Positions 48,342 to 57,275 of a stretch of 64,000 bases of DNA are shown in pieces. How positions within the stretch are numbered: position 1 is the stretch's first letter; each line of letters starts with the position of its first letter. The stretch spans positions 20,706 through 84,705 of the IMG/VR virus record IMGVR_UViG_3300042549_010246, one strand, 5' to 3'. A program made the translations under genes and the position numbers. The notes under the pieces were generated by a model. It was not told where the DNA came from. It ran no database searches and worked only from the letters and a program-made list of their open reading frames with translations. Source of the stretch: a virus.

Positions 48342-48599
48342 ATGGAAAAAATATTATTAACCGAAGAGGAATTAAATGAAAGCAGAATCATTAGCCAAAT
48401 TCAGACCGATTTGAATTCACACGTAACAAAGTTTACAAGAGAAATAGAATCGCTAAAATTGAAACGTAAATACGCCCTTGAAGAATTGAATGAATTGGAT
48501 GAAAAAAACAAAGTCTTTTTTAAGGGAATCACCAACAAATATGGGTATGTTAAAATAAACCTTGAAACAGGCGAAGTAACCCCAATAGATGAAAAATGA
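48342..48599 (+). CDS. coiled-coil hypothetical protein
   Basis: Coiled coil ending KYGYVKINLETGE; TAAATTTG at 48313. Confidence 0.65.
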   Translation: MEKILLTEEELNESRIISQIQTDLNSHVTKFTREIESLKLKRKYALEELNELDEKNKVFFKGITNKYGYVKINLETGEVTPIDEK

Positions 48600-49069
48600 T
48601 AGTTGTTTTTTATGGTAAAAGAAACTCAGGAAAGACAACACTGTGTCGTGAGTTTTACGGTTGGGTGAAGCAAAATTTACCTCTTAGGTGTCACTATTTA
48701 GATGCAGATAAACTGCGATTTGTTTATGGGTTAAAAGGGTTTTCAGAACAGACGGAAAGGGCTTTAATACAAAAAGCGATGGAAATATCGCGTTATGAGG
48801 AAAGTTTAAATGACGTTGTTTTGATTAGTATTTCTTTTGCATATAAAGACCAAAGAGCAATATTCGAAGAAAACAAAGGGATTTTATGGGTTCCGTTAAC
48901 ACACGATGAGTCTAAAAGACCTACCAATAAAAAAGAATTTGAAAATCCTGAATTTGAAAAATTAGAGAATGAAATTAACACATCTGAAAATGATGTTAAA
49001 TCGGCATTGAATATGGTAATTCAACGCTACAAAGATTTTTGTGTAACTTCGCAATATAAGGGGAAATGA
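48596..49069 (+). CDS. adenylylsulfate kinase (CysC)-like P-loop kinase
   Basis: FYGKRNSGKTT, LDADKLR, GFS, ISISFAYKDQR. Confidence 0.6.
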   Translation: MIVVFYGKRNSGKTTLCREFYGWVKQNLPLRCHYLDADKLRFVYGLKGFSEQTERALIQKAMEISRYEESLNDVVLISISFAYKDQRAIFEENKGILWVPLTHDESKRPTNKKEFENPEFEKLENEINTSENDVKSALNMVIQRYKDFCVTSQYKGK

Positions 49070-49287
49070 CAACTCAACAGCAACAAAGCGCAATGATTGA
49101 AAAATGGGTAAATCGCATACTTCTTGGAATATGCGCATTTTTCTGTGCTCAATTATTTGCGGATATGAAAACTCAACGTCAGGACATAGAAGAAGTGAAA
49201 TTGAGTAATGCGAGAATTGAAACGGAAATAAAGTACATCAGAGAAATGGTGGAGCCGTATCGAAATAATAAAATAGTTAACAATTAA
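49066..49287 (+). CDS. TM plus coiled-coil protein
   Basis: One TM then heptads. Confidence 0.65.
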   Translation: MTTQQQQSAMIEKWVNRILLGICAFFCAQLFADMKTQRQDIEEVKLSNARIETEIKYIREMVEPYRNNKIVNN

Positions 49288-49293
49288 AAAATT

Positions 49294-49596
49294 ATGCCAA
49301 TACCTGTAGCAATAGCGGCAGCATTAATCACAACGGCAGGTAGTACGGCTGTAGGTGGTTTAGATGTTGTCTCAAAACGAAAACTTGAAAAAAACCTTGC
49401 TAAATTAAACGCTGCGGAGGCAGAGGCTCTTCAAAAGCAATTAGCAAAAGAAAAGGACGCTCAAACCAAATTGATTTTATTGCAGGATGCTGCGGATAAA
49501 GCGCAAAAAAGGAGCACGACGAATATAATTATTGGCTCTACAATAGGTTTAATCGGCCTCATTGCTGCAATTATCGTGTTTAAAAAGAAAAAATGA
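49294..49596 (+). CDS. membrane protein with hydrophobic N- and C-termini
   Basis: Terminal hydrophobic helices, KKKK tail. Confidence 0.7.
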   Translation: MPIPVAIAAALITTAGSTAVGGLDVVSKRKLEKNLAKLNAAEAEALQKQLAKEKDAQTKLILLQDAADKAQKRSTTNIIIGSTIGLIGLIAAIIVFKKKK

Positions 49597-49913
49597 TGGA
49601 GTTTTCAAAAGAAGTAAAAAACGCTGTAATTATTGCAGTTGCGACAATTACTTTATATATGTTGTTAAAACCTAAAAAGAATGGTATAAGTAAGCCTATG
49701 AAGGCTACTAAAGATGAATTGAGTCAAAAACAAAACGCCCGAACTATTTTGGATGCTTACTTAAACGCGGTTGATGCAAAAGAATCACCAACAGCATTGC
49801 AGAAGTTGAATTCAATTTTTGCAGATGAATATTCGATGAAGGTATTTAAAACCAAAAGTGGTAGTTATGTTGCAAGGACTTTAGATGGTAAAGATGTATT
49901 GGTAGCAAAATAA
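49593..49913 (+). CDS. N-terminal TM protein
   Basis: Anchor plus soluble domain. Confidence 0.7.
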   Translation: MMEFSKEVKNAVIIAVATITLYMLLKPKKNGISKPMKATKDELSQKQNARTILDAYLNAVDAKESPTALQKLNSIFADEYSMKVFKTKSGSYVARTLDGKDVLVAK

Positions 49914-50362
49914 TGGCCACGTTCTCTCCAATCATAACGGTTTATCCTAATGACGCAGTAAGAGTTACGAGCGTTTCGGATTTGACTTATGAAACGGTGA
50001 ACGCAAGTGTTGGAACAGGATACTATTACGATTTTAAAAATTTTTATCAGTATTCAACATCCTTAGAACAATTAATTGAACCAATCTACTTGCTCAAATT
50101 TAGTAAACAGGGGGACCGAAATGTTTACTATTTGAATAATACGATTGACCCATATCAAAAATCATCGGCATTGTCTGTAGATGCTGAATATCTTGATTAT
50201 AGATTTGACTCTAACAATGCATTCATACCACGAATACTTGCAAACACATCATTATTTTACCGCTTTGATATTCAAGAACTTAGTAATGAAGATTTTTTGA
50301 CTAAAGGTGAAAGTAATTTTGGATTGATTGATTTTTACGAAAACTACGAAATAGACTTCTGA
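49913..50362 (+). CDS. paralogue of capsid-candidate core (minor capsid protein?)
   Basis: Shares TY, SxSxxQLxExI, TIDPYQ, YRxD, ILAxT in order with 14907-15608. Confidence 0.65.
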   Translation: MATFSPIITVYPNDAVRVTSVSDLTYETVNASVGTGYYYDFKNFYQYSTSLEQLIEPIYLLKFSKQGDRNVYYLNNTIDPYQKSSALSVDAEYLDYRFDSNNAFIPRILANTSLFYRFDIQELSNEDFLTKGESNFGLIDFYENYEIDF

Positions 50363-50724
50363 TGCCCGCCAAAAAAATCATATTGAACATAGAAAATCAT
50401 ACGCCCTATCCTGCGTTAATTTCTATTTTAGGTGGACTTCAAGACCCAAACCAATATAATGTGAATTCCGCAACGGAATACTTATATGATATTGGAAACT
50501 TTAATTGGAATAACTCAAGTACTTGGACAATACAGTTTAAACGAGTTGGAGCAGCAAACTTCAGTATCAAACAAGGTTCTACAGGTGGTAATCCACAACA
50601 ATTTTTAATAGCCCTTAATCTTTCGTCTTTGGGTTTATTTAACTATATCAAAATCAGTGCAAACATTTCGTTGATTTACACTTTCAACGATTATTACGAG
50701 TTTGGTCAACTTACATTAAACTAA
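50362..50724 (+). CDS. protein whose N-term matches the first strands of the capsid candidate
   Basis: KIILNIENHTPYPALISILGG vs PYIIQISNTGSAVANFSVLGS. Confidence 0.55.
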   Translation: MPAKKIILNIENHTPYPALISILGGLQDPNQYNVNSATEYLYDIGNFNWNNSSTWTIQFKRVGAANFSIKQGSTGGNPQQFLIALNLSSLGLFNYIKISANISLIYTFNDYYEFGQLTLN

Positions 50725-50746
50725 AAACCACCCCGAAAGGTGGTTT
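50725..50746. terminator. hairpin between convergent gene blocks
   Basis: AAACCACC-CCGAAA-GGTGGTTT. Confidence 0.6.
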
Positions 50747-50840
50747 ACAGTCTGAAGGAACAGTCACTTCTCAATAGAATCTTTAAAATCGTCGAATTCA
50801 AAATACTTTTATATTTTGCAACAACGACACGAATTTAAAC

Positions 50841-51626
50841 TCAATCCTCTGTATATGCAAGTTTTGCATATAGTCCCTTTTTCGTAGGCTTTTTGTCATT
50901 TACAATAATAACCCTTTCTTCATCATCGAGAGTCAAAACTGCACCACCCTCAACTTGGTCATCAAAACTTAACGCTCTTGAACCTAAGGAATCTTTTGGC
51001 AACAGTTTCGACAATTGTTTCAGGACGATTTTTTTAAGCATCCAAAATTGACTGTCTTTTGCATCATTGAAATACAATTCATTCCTGTTTGGTAAATTGG
51101 CAACAATAGTTTCTAATTCTTTTTTTGACATCACCTTAAAAACCTTTTCTTCATCGCGGGTTTTTACCATTGCGTAAATGTGAGTAAGCGAAATGGATGT
51201 TCTCAAATCGTCTTTGGGTTTATGTCGTAAAATTGGCTCAAGTCCAAGTTCATAATCAAATTCATCCGCTTCGTGCACAGACTCGCACCAAATCGTTTTT
51301 ACGCCATTATTTCGCATCAGGAGTGTAATCACACCTTTGTATCCCAAAATAGGCTTAATATGCCCCTTATAAGGCAAAAAGAAGAACTCTCCAACAGAAG
51401 GATTGGGACTCAATCCTAATTCTGCGCAATGAATGATTGCCGCAAATAGGTTGCGTGGATTTTTTTGGAAGGCAAAGAGCATTTCTTCATTTCTTCTGAC
51501 TTCAGTTAAAACGACCTGTTTAAATTGCGCAGGTGAAATCGAATGACTTTTTAACAAATCAACCAACACCTTTTGTTCAAAGGTGTCAAGTTGTATGCTG
51601 AATTTAGTTAGTAGTGCGTTATCCAT
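50841..51626 (-). CDS. recT: RecT-family single-strand annealing protein
   Basis: AELGLSPN...FFLPYK....ILGYKG, V.EADEFDY.LG, MLKKIVLKQLSKLLP. Confidence 0.85.
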   Translation of the reverse strand: MDNALLTKFSIQLDTFEQKVLVDLLKSHSISPAQFKQVVLTEVRRNEEMLFAFQKNPRNLFAAIIHCAELGLSPNPSVGEFFFLPYKGHIKPILGYKGVITLLMRNNGVKTIWCESVHEADEFDYELGLEPILRHKPKDDLRTSISLTHIYAMVKTRDEEKVFKVMSKKELETIVANLPNRNELYFNDAKDSQFWMLKKIVLKQLSKLLPKDSLGSRALSFDDQVEGGAVLTLDDEERVIIVNDKKPTKKGLYAKLAYTED

Positions 51627-51633
51627 TTTTATA

Positions 51634-51849
51634 TTATTGCGATTGTAAAATACTAAGAGCCTCTTTCATTAGTCTGACTTTCTTTAAGTCATCCTGTGTG
51701 TACCCGTGAATGTCAAGGATGCGATTAAATGTTGTCATTTTTTGCTTCAGAATGTCAATTGAATCGGACAATGATTCATTTACAAGCAACTCATTTACAA
51801 TTTGTGTGGCTTCTTTACAATCAGGGAAAGGAATAAAATTTTCGTTCAT
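51634..51849 (-). CDS. hypothetical protein
   Basis: 71-aa ORF in minus-strand operon. Confidence 0.6.
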   Translation of the reverse strand: MNENFIPFPDCKEATQIVNELLVNESLSDSIDILKQKMTTFNRILDIHGYTQDDLKKVRLMKEALSILQSQ

Positions 51850-53066
51850 TATGGCTTGGGATTAATATCAATGAGTGATTTTTGACCGATGTGAATGAAT
51901 AAATTGTCTTTGGTTAAAATCTGTTGCCTGTTTGGATATTCATCCGCAAATGTCAATTCCCATCCGTGGTCTTTGTGAAATATTTTATTCTCGAAAACAC
52001 GTCTGCGAAAAATTGAAGGATTGTTACCATAGTTGTTCATTTTAACTTCTTGCCATTTTAAAAATCCATTTTGCATTTCGTAAAAGTGCCTGTAATCTTT
52101 AGGGAAAGGGTTTTTCCAATAATATTCGTTCACAGAAGTTTCGGCTTTAATTTCATCCGTCTGAATATCAAATACCTGTGAAAACATAATTTGGTCAAAT
52201 GCGGAATGCTTTTTCAAATAGTTAATGTGTTTACCCAAATCAAGAGGTCTTACGGATTCCCAATCATCTTCAAGTAAAAATACAAACTCACTTGGACCCA
52301 TCAAATGTTTAATCATATTGAATTTGTCAACGTAATCAAATTGACCATTATTGTTGAAAGTAATCAAATGGGCTTTTTCACCAAACAAGGCATCCAAATA
52401 TAATTCCATTTTATATCGCTCTTCAGAAGTACTTCGGTCATCTAAAACCCAAACTTCATTGAACATTGTACGGTAGTTTGGATTGTGTTTTTGTAGCGAT
52501 TTGAGAGTCCGCATAAAGTAATCAAAACGTCTCCCTGAAGAAATTATCAAGTTAGGGGCAACGTGAGGCTCATAATTAATGTAATAGCCATATTCGTCAT
52601 CTCCGAATAATAACTTCAAATTTGGGTATCGGCTTGCCATTATTTCGGGTGTTAAATCGGGCTGATGGTGTGTCTCATAAATATTGCCTTCATATTCACC
52701 TTGTTCATCTAAATAAGGAACAGCAACTAAACATTTGATGTTGTACGTCTCGATTTGACCCATCAATAATGTTGCATCAGATGGCGTAAGATGTTCAAGT
52801 ACATCTCCCAAAATAAGATAATCATACATTAAAATATTGACTGTCATAATGTTTTGCTGATAAATGGTATTATATTTAGAAGCAAGGTTAAATTGAGCAA
52901 TGTAAGGGTCCCAAATTTCAACAGCATCCATTGGGATTTTTAAAAGGTCTGCATAAGTCCCTGAACCCGCTCCAACATCAAGGACGCGGGGATTTGAGGT
53001 GTTTTGGAGTTCTAAGAGGATGTGCTCTCGAACATTGTGCTTGAATTTATTGTATGAGTATGGCAT
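51849..53066 (-). CDS. class I SAM methyltransferase fused to GT-A (GT2-like) glycosyltransferase
   Basis: VLDVGAGSG, GDVLEHL; VLDDRS, FLLEDDW. Confidence 0.8.
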   Translation of the reverse strand: MPYSYNKFKHNVREHILLELQNTSNPRVLDVGAGSGTYADLLKIPMDAVEIWDPYIAQFNLASKYNTIYQQNIMTVNILMYDYLILGDVLEHLTPSDATLLMGQIETYNIKCLVAVPYLDEQGEYEGNIYETHHQPDLTPEIMASRYPNLKLLFGDDEYGYYINYEPHVAPNLIISSGRRFDYFMRTLKSLQKHNPNYRTMFNEVWVLDDRSTSEERYKMELYLDALFGEKAHLITFNNNGQFDYVDKFNMIKHLMGPSEFVFLLEDDWESVRPLDLGKHINYLKKHSAFDQIMFSQVFDIQTDEIKAETSVNEYYWKNPFPKDYRHFYEMQNGFLKWQEVKMNNYGNNPSIFRRRVFENKIFHKDHGWELTFADEYPNRQQILTKDNLFIHIGQKSLIDINPKP

Positions 53067-53067
53067 A

Positions 53068-53862
53068 TTAGTAAAACACTTGTTTAATTTTGGGTAACAG
53101 GGCGCGTTGAGGGCAAGTCTCGTTTAAATGACATTTGTTGCATCTTTTCATCTCAGGATATGCTTTCCATCCATTTGCTGATTTGATTTCTCTTTTAAGT
53201 GCTTGAGAGACATTTTTCACCCCTTCTAAATGCTCCATCTCCTTGCTTGGGTCTACCAACACTTCAAAAATGCGAACATCCATTGGGTCTTTGGTATTGA
53301 ATACAAAAAAGTAAAAAGGCACATCCGTGGTTTTAAATTTTTCTTTAGCAATAATTTTGTAATGAACTGCCTGAGTCAAAATCTTTTCCTTTTGCTCAAG
53401 GAAGTCTTCGTGCCAACCCATTTCATTCCATTTGTCATCTACCAAGCCCGAATATTTCAAATCGATGATACACTTCTTTCCATTCCACTTTGCAATAATA
53501 TCGGTTGTGCAAGACATATTCAATTTTGAACTCACCAATTTCTTTCCAAAACTGAGAATTTTGATGTTCATCGCTTTGAAAATTGCTTTGCAAAAAATCG
53601 AACTTTGAAATGCTCTTTCGTAATCTTCTGAAAGTTTTTCTTTTGCGGTTCCTTTGTACACTTTATCGGGCTCAGGCGGTGTTCCATCACCATAAGCGGG
53701 AAGTCCTCCCGTGGCCATATATTCGAAATATTGACCAAGTTTCATTGCTTTAGTGGGTGTAGATTGAATACCGTCGAGGTATTTTGCTTTCACAACTAAG
53801 CCACACTCTTCCTTTACCTTGTATTCGGCAAAAGATTTCATAAAGGATTGACTAATTTTCAT
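53068..53862 (-). CDS. PD-(D/E)xK Cas4-like exonuclease
   Basis: TTDII...IIDLKYS, QAVHY, N-terminal Cys plus C-terminal CNKC.....C. Confidence 0.7.
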   Translation of the reverse strand: MKISQSFMKSFAEYKVKEECGLVVKAKYLDGIQSTPTKAMKLGQYFEYMATGGLPAYGDGTPPEPDKVYKGTAKEKLSEDYERAFQSSIFCKAIFKAMNIKILSFGKKLVSSKLNMSCTTDIIAKWNGKKCIIDLKYSGLVDDKWNEMGWHEDFLEQKEKILTQAVHYKIIAKEKFKTTDVPFYFFVFNTKDPMDVRIFEVLVDPSKEMEHLEGVKNVSQALKREIKSANGWKAYPEMKRCNKCHLNETCPQRALLPKIKQVFY

Positions 53863-54067
53863 TTGGGTTATGTTTTAAAAAATAAGTTTTGAAAAATGAA
53901 TCGCTTACGCTCATTTGTACTAAAATCAGATTGCTCCAATTAATTGCAGCGTAGAATTTGCCGTCTTTTTTTCGGAGCAGTACATCAAAACGTCGGCATA
54001 CAAAATATTTGTTCTCTTCTGTCGCTGACAGGGCTTTGGTAAAATACTCTTCTACGGTGTTTTCCAT
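53852..54067 (-). CDS. hypothetical protein
   Basis: Overlap-coupled ORF. Confidence 0.55.
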   Translation of the reverse strand: MENTVEEYFTKALSATEENKYFVCRRFDVLLRKKDGKFYAAINWSNLILVQMSVSDSFFKTYFLKHNPNEN

Positions 54068-54540
54068 AAGGGTAAAATATCAATTAGGGTTTGCCCCTGA
54101 TTCAATACATAGCAATTTGATTCCCGTTGACGTTCAATCAACCAATCGTCCCAATTGTCCATTACAAGTGTTATCAAACTTTGGGGTGATTCACGTTGTT
54201 GCATTCTTTTGTAATATTCTTTTTTACAATTCAATGCAGGAATTACAATTGTAAAATCTATGTAGTTTTGCTGCATACACTCACGAACATTTTCGTGACT
54301 ACTCACAAACACGAAATCAAGAAAATCGTGCTTAATTTGAAATTTAATGTGGTCAATATAGTTTTGTGGGAAAGCAGGATTTGGTATTCTTGCCCCATTA
54401 TCCGTTTTAAGGAAATCGCCATTAGGGTCCGTAAGCCAATTCCATTGACTTGAATCACAGTCAACACACATAAAATTGGAATTGCGAGCCGCATAGGTCT
54501 TTCCAATCGCGGGAAATCCTGATATTATTTTTGTAGCCAT
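54052..54540 (-). CDS. small P-loop NTP-binding protein
   Basis: IISGFPAIGKT, FPQNYIDHIK, VFVSSH. Confidence 0.7.
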   Translation of the reverse strand: MATKIISGFPAIGKTYAARNSNFMCVDCDSSQWNWLTDPNGDFLKTDNGARIPNPAFPQNYIDHIKFQIKHDFLDFVFVSSHENVRECMQQNYIDFTIVIPALNCKKEYYKRMQQRESPQSLITLVMDNWDDWLIERQRESNCYVLNQGQTLIDILPLWKTP

Positions 54541-54794
54541 AAAAAATTACGGGTGTTAAAACCGATTTGATAATTTACTTCTTGATTAAATTTTGGGCGA
54601 TTTTGCTCAATAAATTCAACTTCAAGTTGTTTGACATACACATCAAGCCATTCGCGTGCTTGAGAAGGAGTCTCAAAACTGCGGGATGGCTGTTTAATAA
54701 GAGGCAACCATAACAGATTAAAAATTCTTCTGTCAATCACGTACCCCCCTTGCGAAAATTCGCGAATTCGGAATTGTAGTTTTTTTGTTTTCAT
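54525..54794 (-). CDS. hypothetical protein
   Basis: Overlap-coupled ORF. Confidence 0.55.
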   Translation of the reverse strand: MKTKKLQFRIREFSQGGYVIDRRIFNLLWLPLIKQPSRSFETPSQAREWLDVYVKQLEVEFIEQNRPKFNQEVNYQIGFNTRNFLWLQK

Positions 54795-55045
54795 ATGTTA
54801 GTTGTTTTTTTGGACCAACCCCTTCCATTCCACATCACTTGACCCGTTTTTGTTTCTTTAACGCTCACATCAATCACAAGAGTCTCAGAAGTCTCTCTAA
54901 CCAAATTTGTCAATATATAACCTTTGTCTTTAAAATGGTCATCGTTACATACTTTTTCAAGGACCGCTCTTGCACTGTGCTTATTATGCGCCTCTACGCT
55001 TATTGGCTTGTCGATGTCAAGGAAATAATACTTGTAGATTTTCAT
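54791..55045 (-). CDS. hypothetical protein
   Basis: Overlap-coupled ORF. Confidence 0.6.
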   Translation of the reverse strand: MKIYKYYFLDIDKPISVEAHNKHSARAVLEKVCNDDHFKDKGYILTNLVRETSETLVIDVSVKETKTGQVMWNGRGWSKKTTNI

Positions 55046-55083
55046 TAACTTCGAAGTGATTTACTGTAATGGTAAGTCGTGTG

Positions 55084-55117
55084 AAAAGGGGGAGTTTTGC
55101 CAACTTACTCCCCTTTT
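55084..55117 (-). terminator. intrinsic terminator
   Basis: AAAAGGGG(G)GAGT...ACTCCCCTTTT just after the stop at 55119. Confidence 0.55.
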
Positions 55118-55118
55118 A

Positions 55119-55457
55119 TTATTTTCCGTAACCCAAATCTTTTTTTACCACCCTTGTGTGTTTTTGACGCGATAACCATTGCTCTCCGCGCAAATTAGGA
55201 TTCTCTTCTTGAACCTTTTGCCATTGGCGGGCAATAGATGCTTGGTGGTCAAATTTTCCATCAGCATAATGAGTAAAAAACTCGGTTGCGCTTAATGTCT
55301 TAAAATCAATTTGATTGGTGGGGCCATTAATATGAAACCAATAGTTGCATATTGTTCGAAGTAAATTGTCACGGAGGGTTGCGTCCGATTCCAATAGAAG
55401 TTTTACATTGTGTTTTACGTCACCACGTTTTCCGTTTATTTTAAATGCTTGTGTCAT
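55119..55457 (-). CDS. conserved-type phage hypothetical protein
   Basis: LRDN...SIARQWQKVQEENPNLRG. Confidence 0.65.
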   Translation of the reverse strand: MTQAFKINGKRGDVKHNVKLLLESDATLRDNLLRTICNYWFHINGPTNQIDFKTLSATEFFTHYADGKFDHQASIARQWQKVQEENPNLRGEQWLSRQKHTRVVKKDLGYGK

Positions 55458-55837
55458 AAGTCAAATGAATCAATATCAAAAAATTGAATATGGTCTTTAA
55501 TGTTGTCAAAAATTTGTCGGTGGGCTACAGACTCACCGTCTTTGTCACAACCGATTATTAAACCGTTGTTAAAAAATGGTCCATAGACGTTGTCTTTAGC
55601 GGCTTGGAATGCAAACGCACCTTTAATATAGCCGTCGCCTTTGACAAGACTTTCCTCGTCAACAAAACAAGTGTCTATATGCGATTTAGATTCAACAGCA
55701 GAAACAATTGGTAGGTAAAAACCTTTTTCAATCATTTCGCATTCAAGACCTAACGCATCATACATAGATTGTAGGCCACCTTCGATTTCGATTTCGTAAA
55801 CCTCTTTGCTTACTACGTCAATTTTGATACATTTCAT
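55454..55837 (-). CDS. DUF3846-like protein
   Basis: GLQSMYDALG...FVDEESL...GLIIGCDKDGES. Confidence 0.55.
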   Translation of the reverse strand: MKCIKIDVVSKEVYEIEIEGGLQSMYDALGLECEMIEKGFYLPIVSAVESKSHIDTCFVDEESLVKGDGYIKGAFAFQAAKDNVYGPFFNNGLIIGCDKDGESVAHRQIFDNIKDHIQFFDIDSFDL

Positions 55838-55841
55838 ATTT

Positions 55842-56012
55842 TTATCTTTTGGGTTTTAAGTTGTTCATCAATATTGAAATCCTTGCAGGTATGACAAATT
55901 CCATATTGCAGGAATCGCAACACTTGCCTAATACGTTTAATGGAAACGAATTGTTTCCGTGGCCCACAAATAGCACGTGGCAAATAGGGCATTTTTTTAG
56001 AGAGTTTCCCAT
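55842..56012 (-). CDS. 56-aa Zn-finger protein (not in ORF track)
   Basis: MGNSLKKCPICHVLFVGHGNNSFPLNVLGKCCDSCNMEFVIPAR. Confidence 0.7.
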   Translation of the reverse strand: MGNSLKKCPICHVLFVGHGNNSFPLNVLGKCCDSCNMEFVIPARISILMNNLKPKR

Positions 56013-56081
56013 TGTTTTCGATTTTTACAATTCAATATTACAAACAAAAACTTATTTTGCAAAATAATTTTTGTGAATGGA

Positions 56082-56489
56082 TTAAAATTTTATTGAAAAG
56101 GGTAAAAAGTCGGGTTGAGGCTCCAAATACTTTTTCAATTCGTTGTAAATAACGATTGCCGTAAGTCTATCAGAGGCCATTTTTTTGCCTTTGAAAAATA
56201 ACGATGCTTCTTCTTTTACGGTGTCGATGCATCCAAAACAATAAGTTCTTTTAGATACAGGTGATGCATTCAATTGATAAGGTTGCAGTACAGCAAACTC
56301 TTGTCCACTTTCTTCGTATTTGTAGTAATTAAAGAAATACCCATTCAATCTTATTTCCTTCGCAACTGAGTCATTAAATATCAGTCGGTTTCTCTCTACT
56401 ACATTCTTACCATCATTTGTAAGGTAGTCCAACATTGTTGCTCGGTCCAAAACCTTTTCGAAACGCATAGGTGTAAGTTGTAAATTCAT
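56082..56489 (-). CDS. hypothetical protein
   Basis: 135-aa ORF downstream of polymerase-like gene. Confidence 0.65.
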   Translation of the reverse strand: MNLQLTPMRFEKVLDRATMLDYLTNDGKNVVERNRLIFNDSVAKEIRLNGYFFNYYKYEESGQEFAVLQPYQLNASPVSKRTYCFGCIDTVKEEASLFFKGKKMASDRLTAIVIYNELKKYLEPQPDFLPFSIKF

Positions 56490-56494
56490 ATTTT

Positions 56495-57226
56495 TTAATA
56501 TTCTAACTGTTTATAAGAAAATTGCTCGGCATCCAAGTACTCGTACACTTTACGACGATTATCTGCGGTGTCTCGGTAATAAATGCAATCAGTTCGGTAA
56601 GCCTCAAAATCATTACCAAGTATTTCTGCAATCGATGACATCATTTCAAAGCATTTGTACCTGATACCACGGTACAGCAGATTAATTCTTGGGTCTTCAC
56701 ATTCAATAATAATAGGTTTGTTTTGCTTGACACCATTTTGAAATTCCTGATAAGCAACGCTTCTGCCTAAAACTGCAAGTGCAGCCAATCGAATTACTTT
56801 CCAATCGTTTCCTTGCGCTTTATTAAAAGTGTTGTCGCTGATGATTCCAAGTTTATGTGCAATTACCCAATATGCACTATTGATATCGGTCCCCGTGATA
56901 ACCCCATAGGAAGCATCGTAATCATAATTGGTTTGGTTTACAGGATATTTATCGGGAACCGTCCAATTTGGATTTTGCTTCAAAAACTTTATAGCATCAT
57001 TTTTCACCAACTTGAATATGAACAACTTGTTTGCAGGGAAACTTTTTGTGTCTCGACTTTTGTAAATCGTTTCAACACCCTGATAAACAATCTGAGTCAT
57101 AAACTTAGTTTCGCGGTAAATGAAATTTTCACCCATTTTTACCAAACGATTCATCACCGATTTGGGATTTGCACTTGGTTGAAAACGACTTTCAATAATG
57201 CCAAAGGTTTCGCTCTTTTTTGCCAT
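56495..57226 (-). CDS. miniature B-family DNA polymerase-like protein (palm/fingers only)
   Basis: Motif A TDINSAYW, B-like KVIRLAALAVLG, C-like YRTDCIYY. Confidence 0.55.
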   Translation of the reverse strand: MAKKSETFGIIESRFQPSANPKSVMNRLVKMGENFIYRETKFMTQIVYQGVETIYKSRDTKSFPANKLFIFKLVKNDAIKFLKQNPNWTVPDKYPVNQTNYDYDASYGVITGTDINSAYWVIAHKLGIISDNTFNKAQGNDWKVIRLAALAVLGRSVAYQEFQNGVKQNKPIIIECEDPRINLLYRGIRYKCFEMMSSIAEILGNDFEAYRTDCIYYRDTADNRRKVYEYLDAEQFSYKQLEY

Positions 57227-57275
57227 TGTGATTTACGAAATTAAGCAAACAAATATTATTTTCAAAAATAATTTA

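Noticed and set aside
53068-53862. CRISPR-Cas system
   Set aside because: Solo Cas4-like nuclease beside RecT; no repeat-spacer array or other cas genes seen
55849-56067. Plus-strand 72-aa ORF
   Set aside because: Overlaps a better minus-strand Zn-finger ORF (55842-56012) within a minus-strand operon
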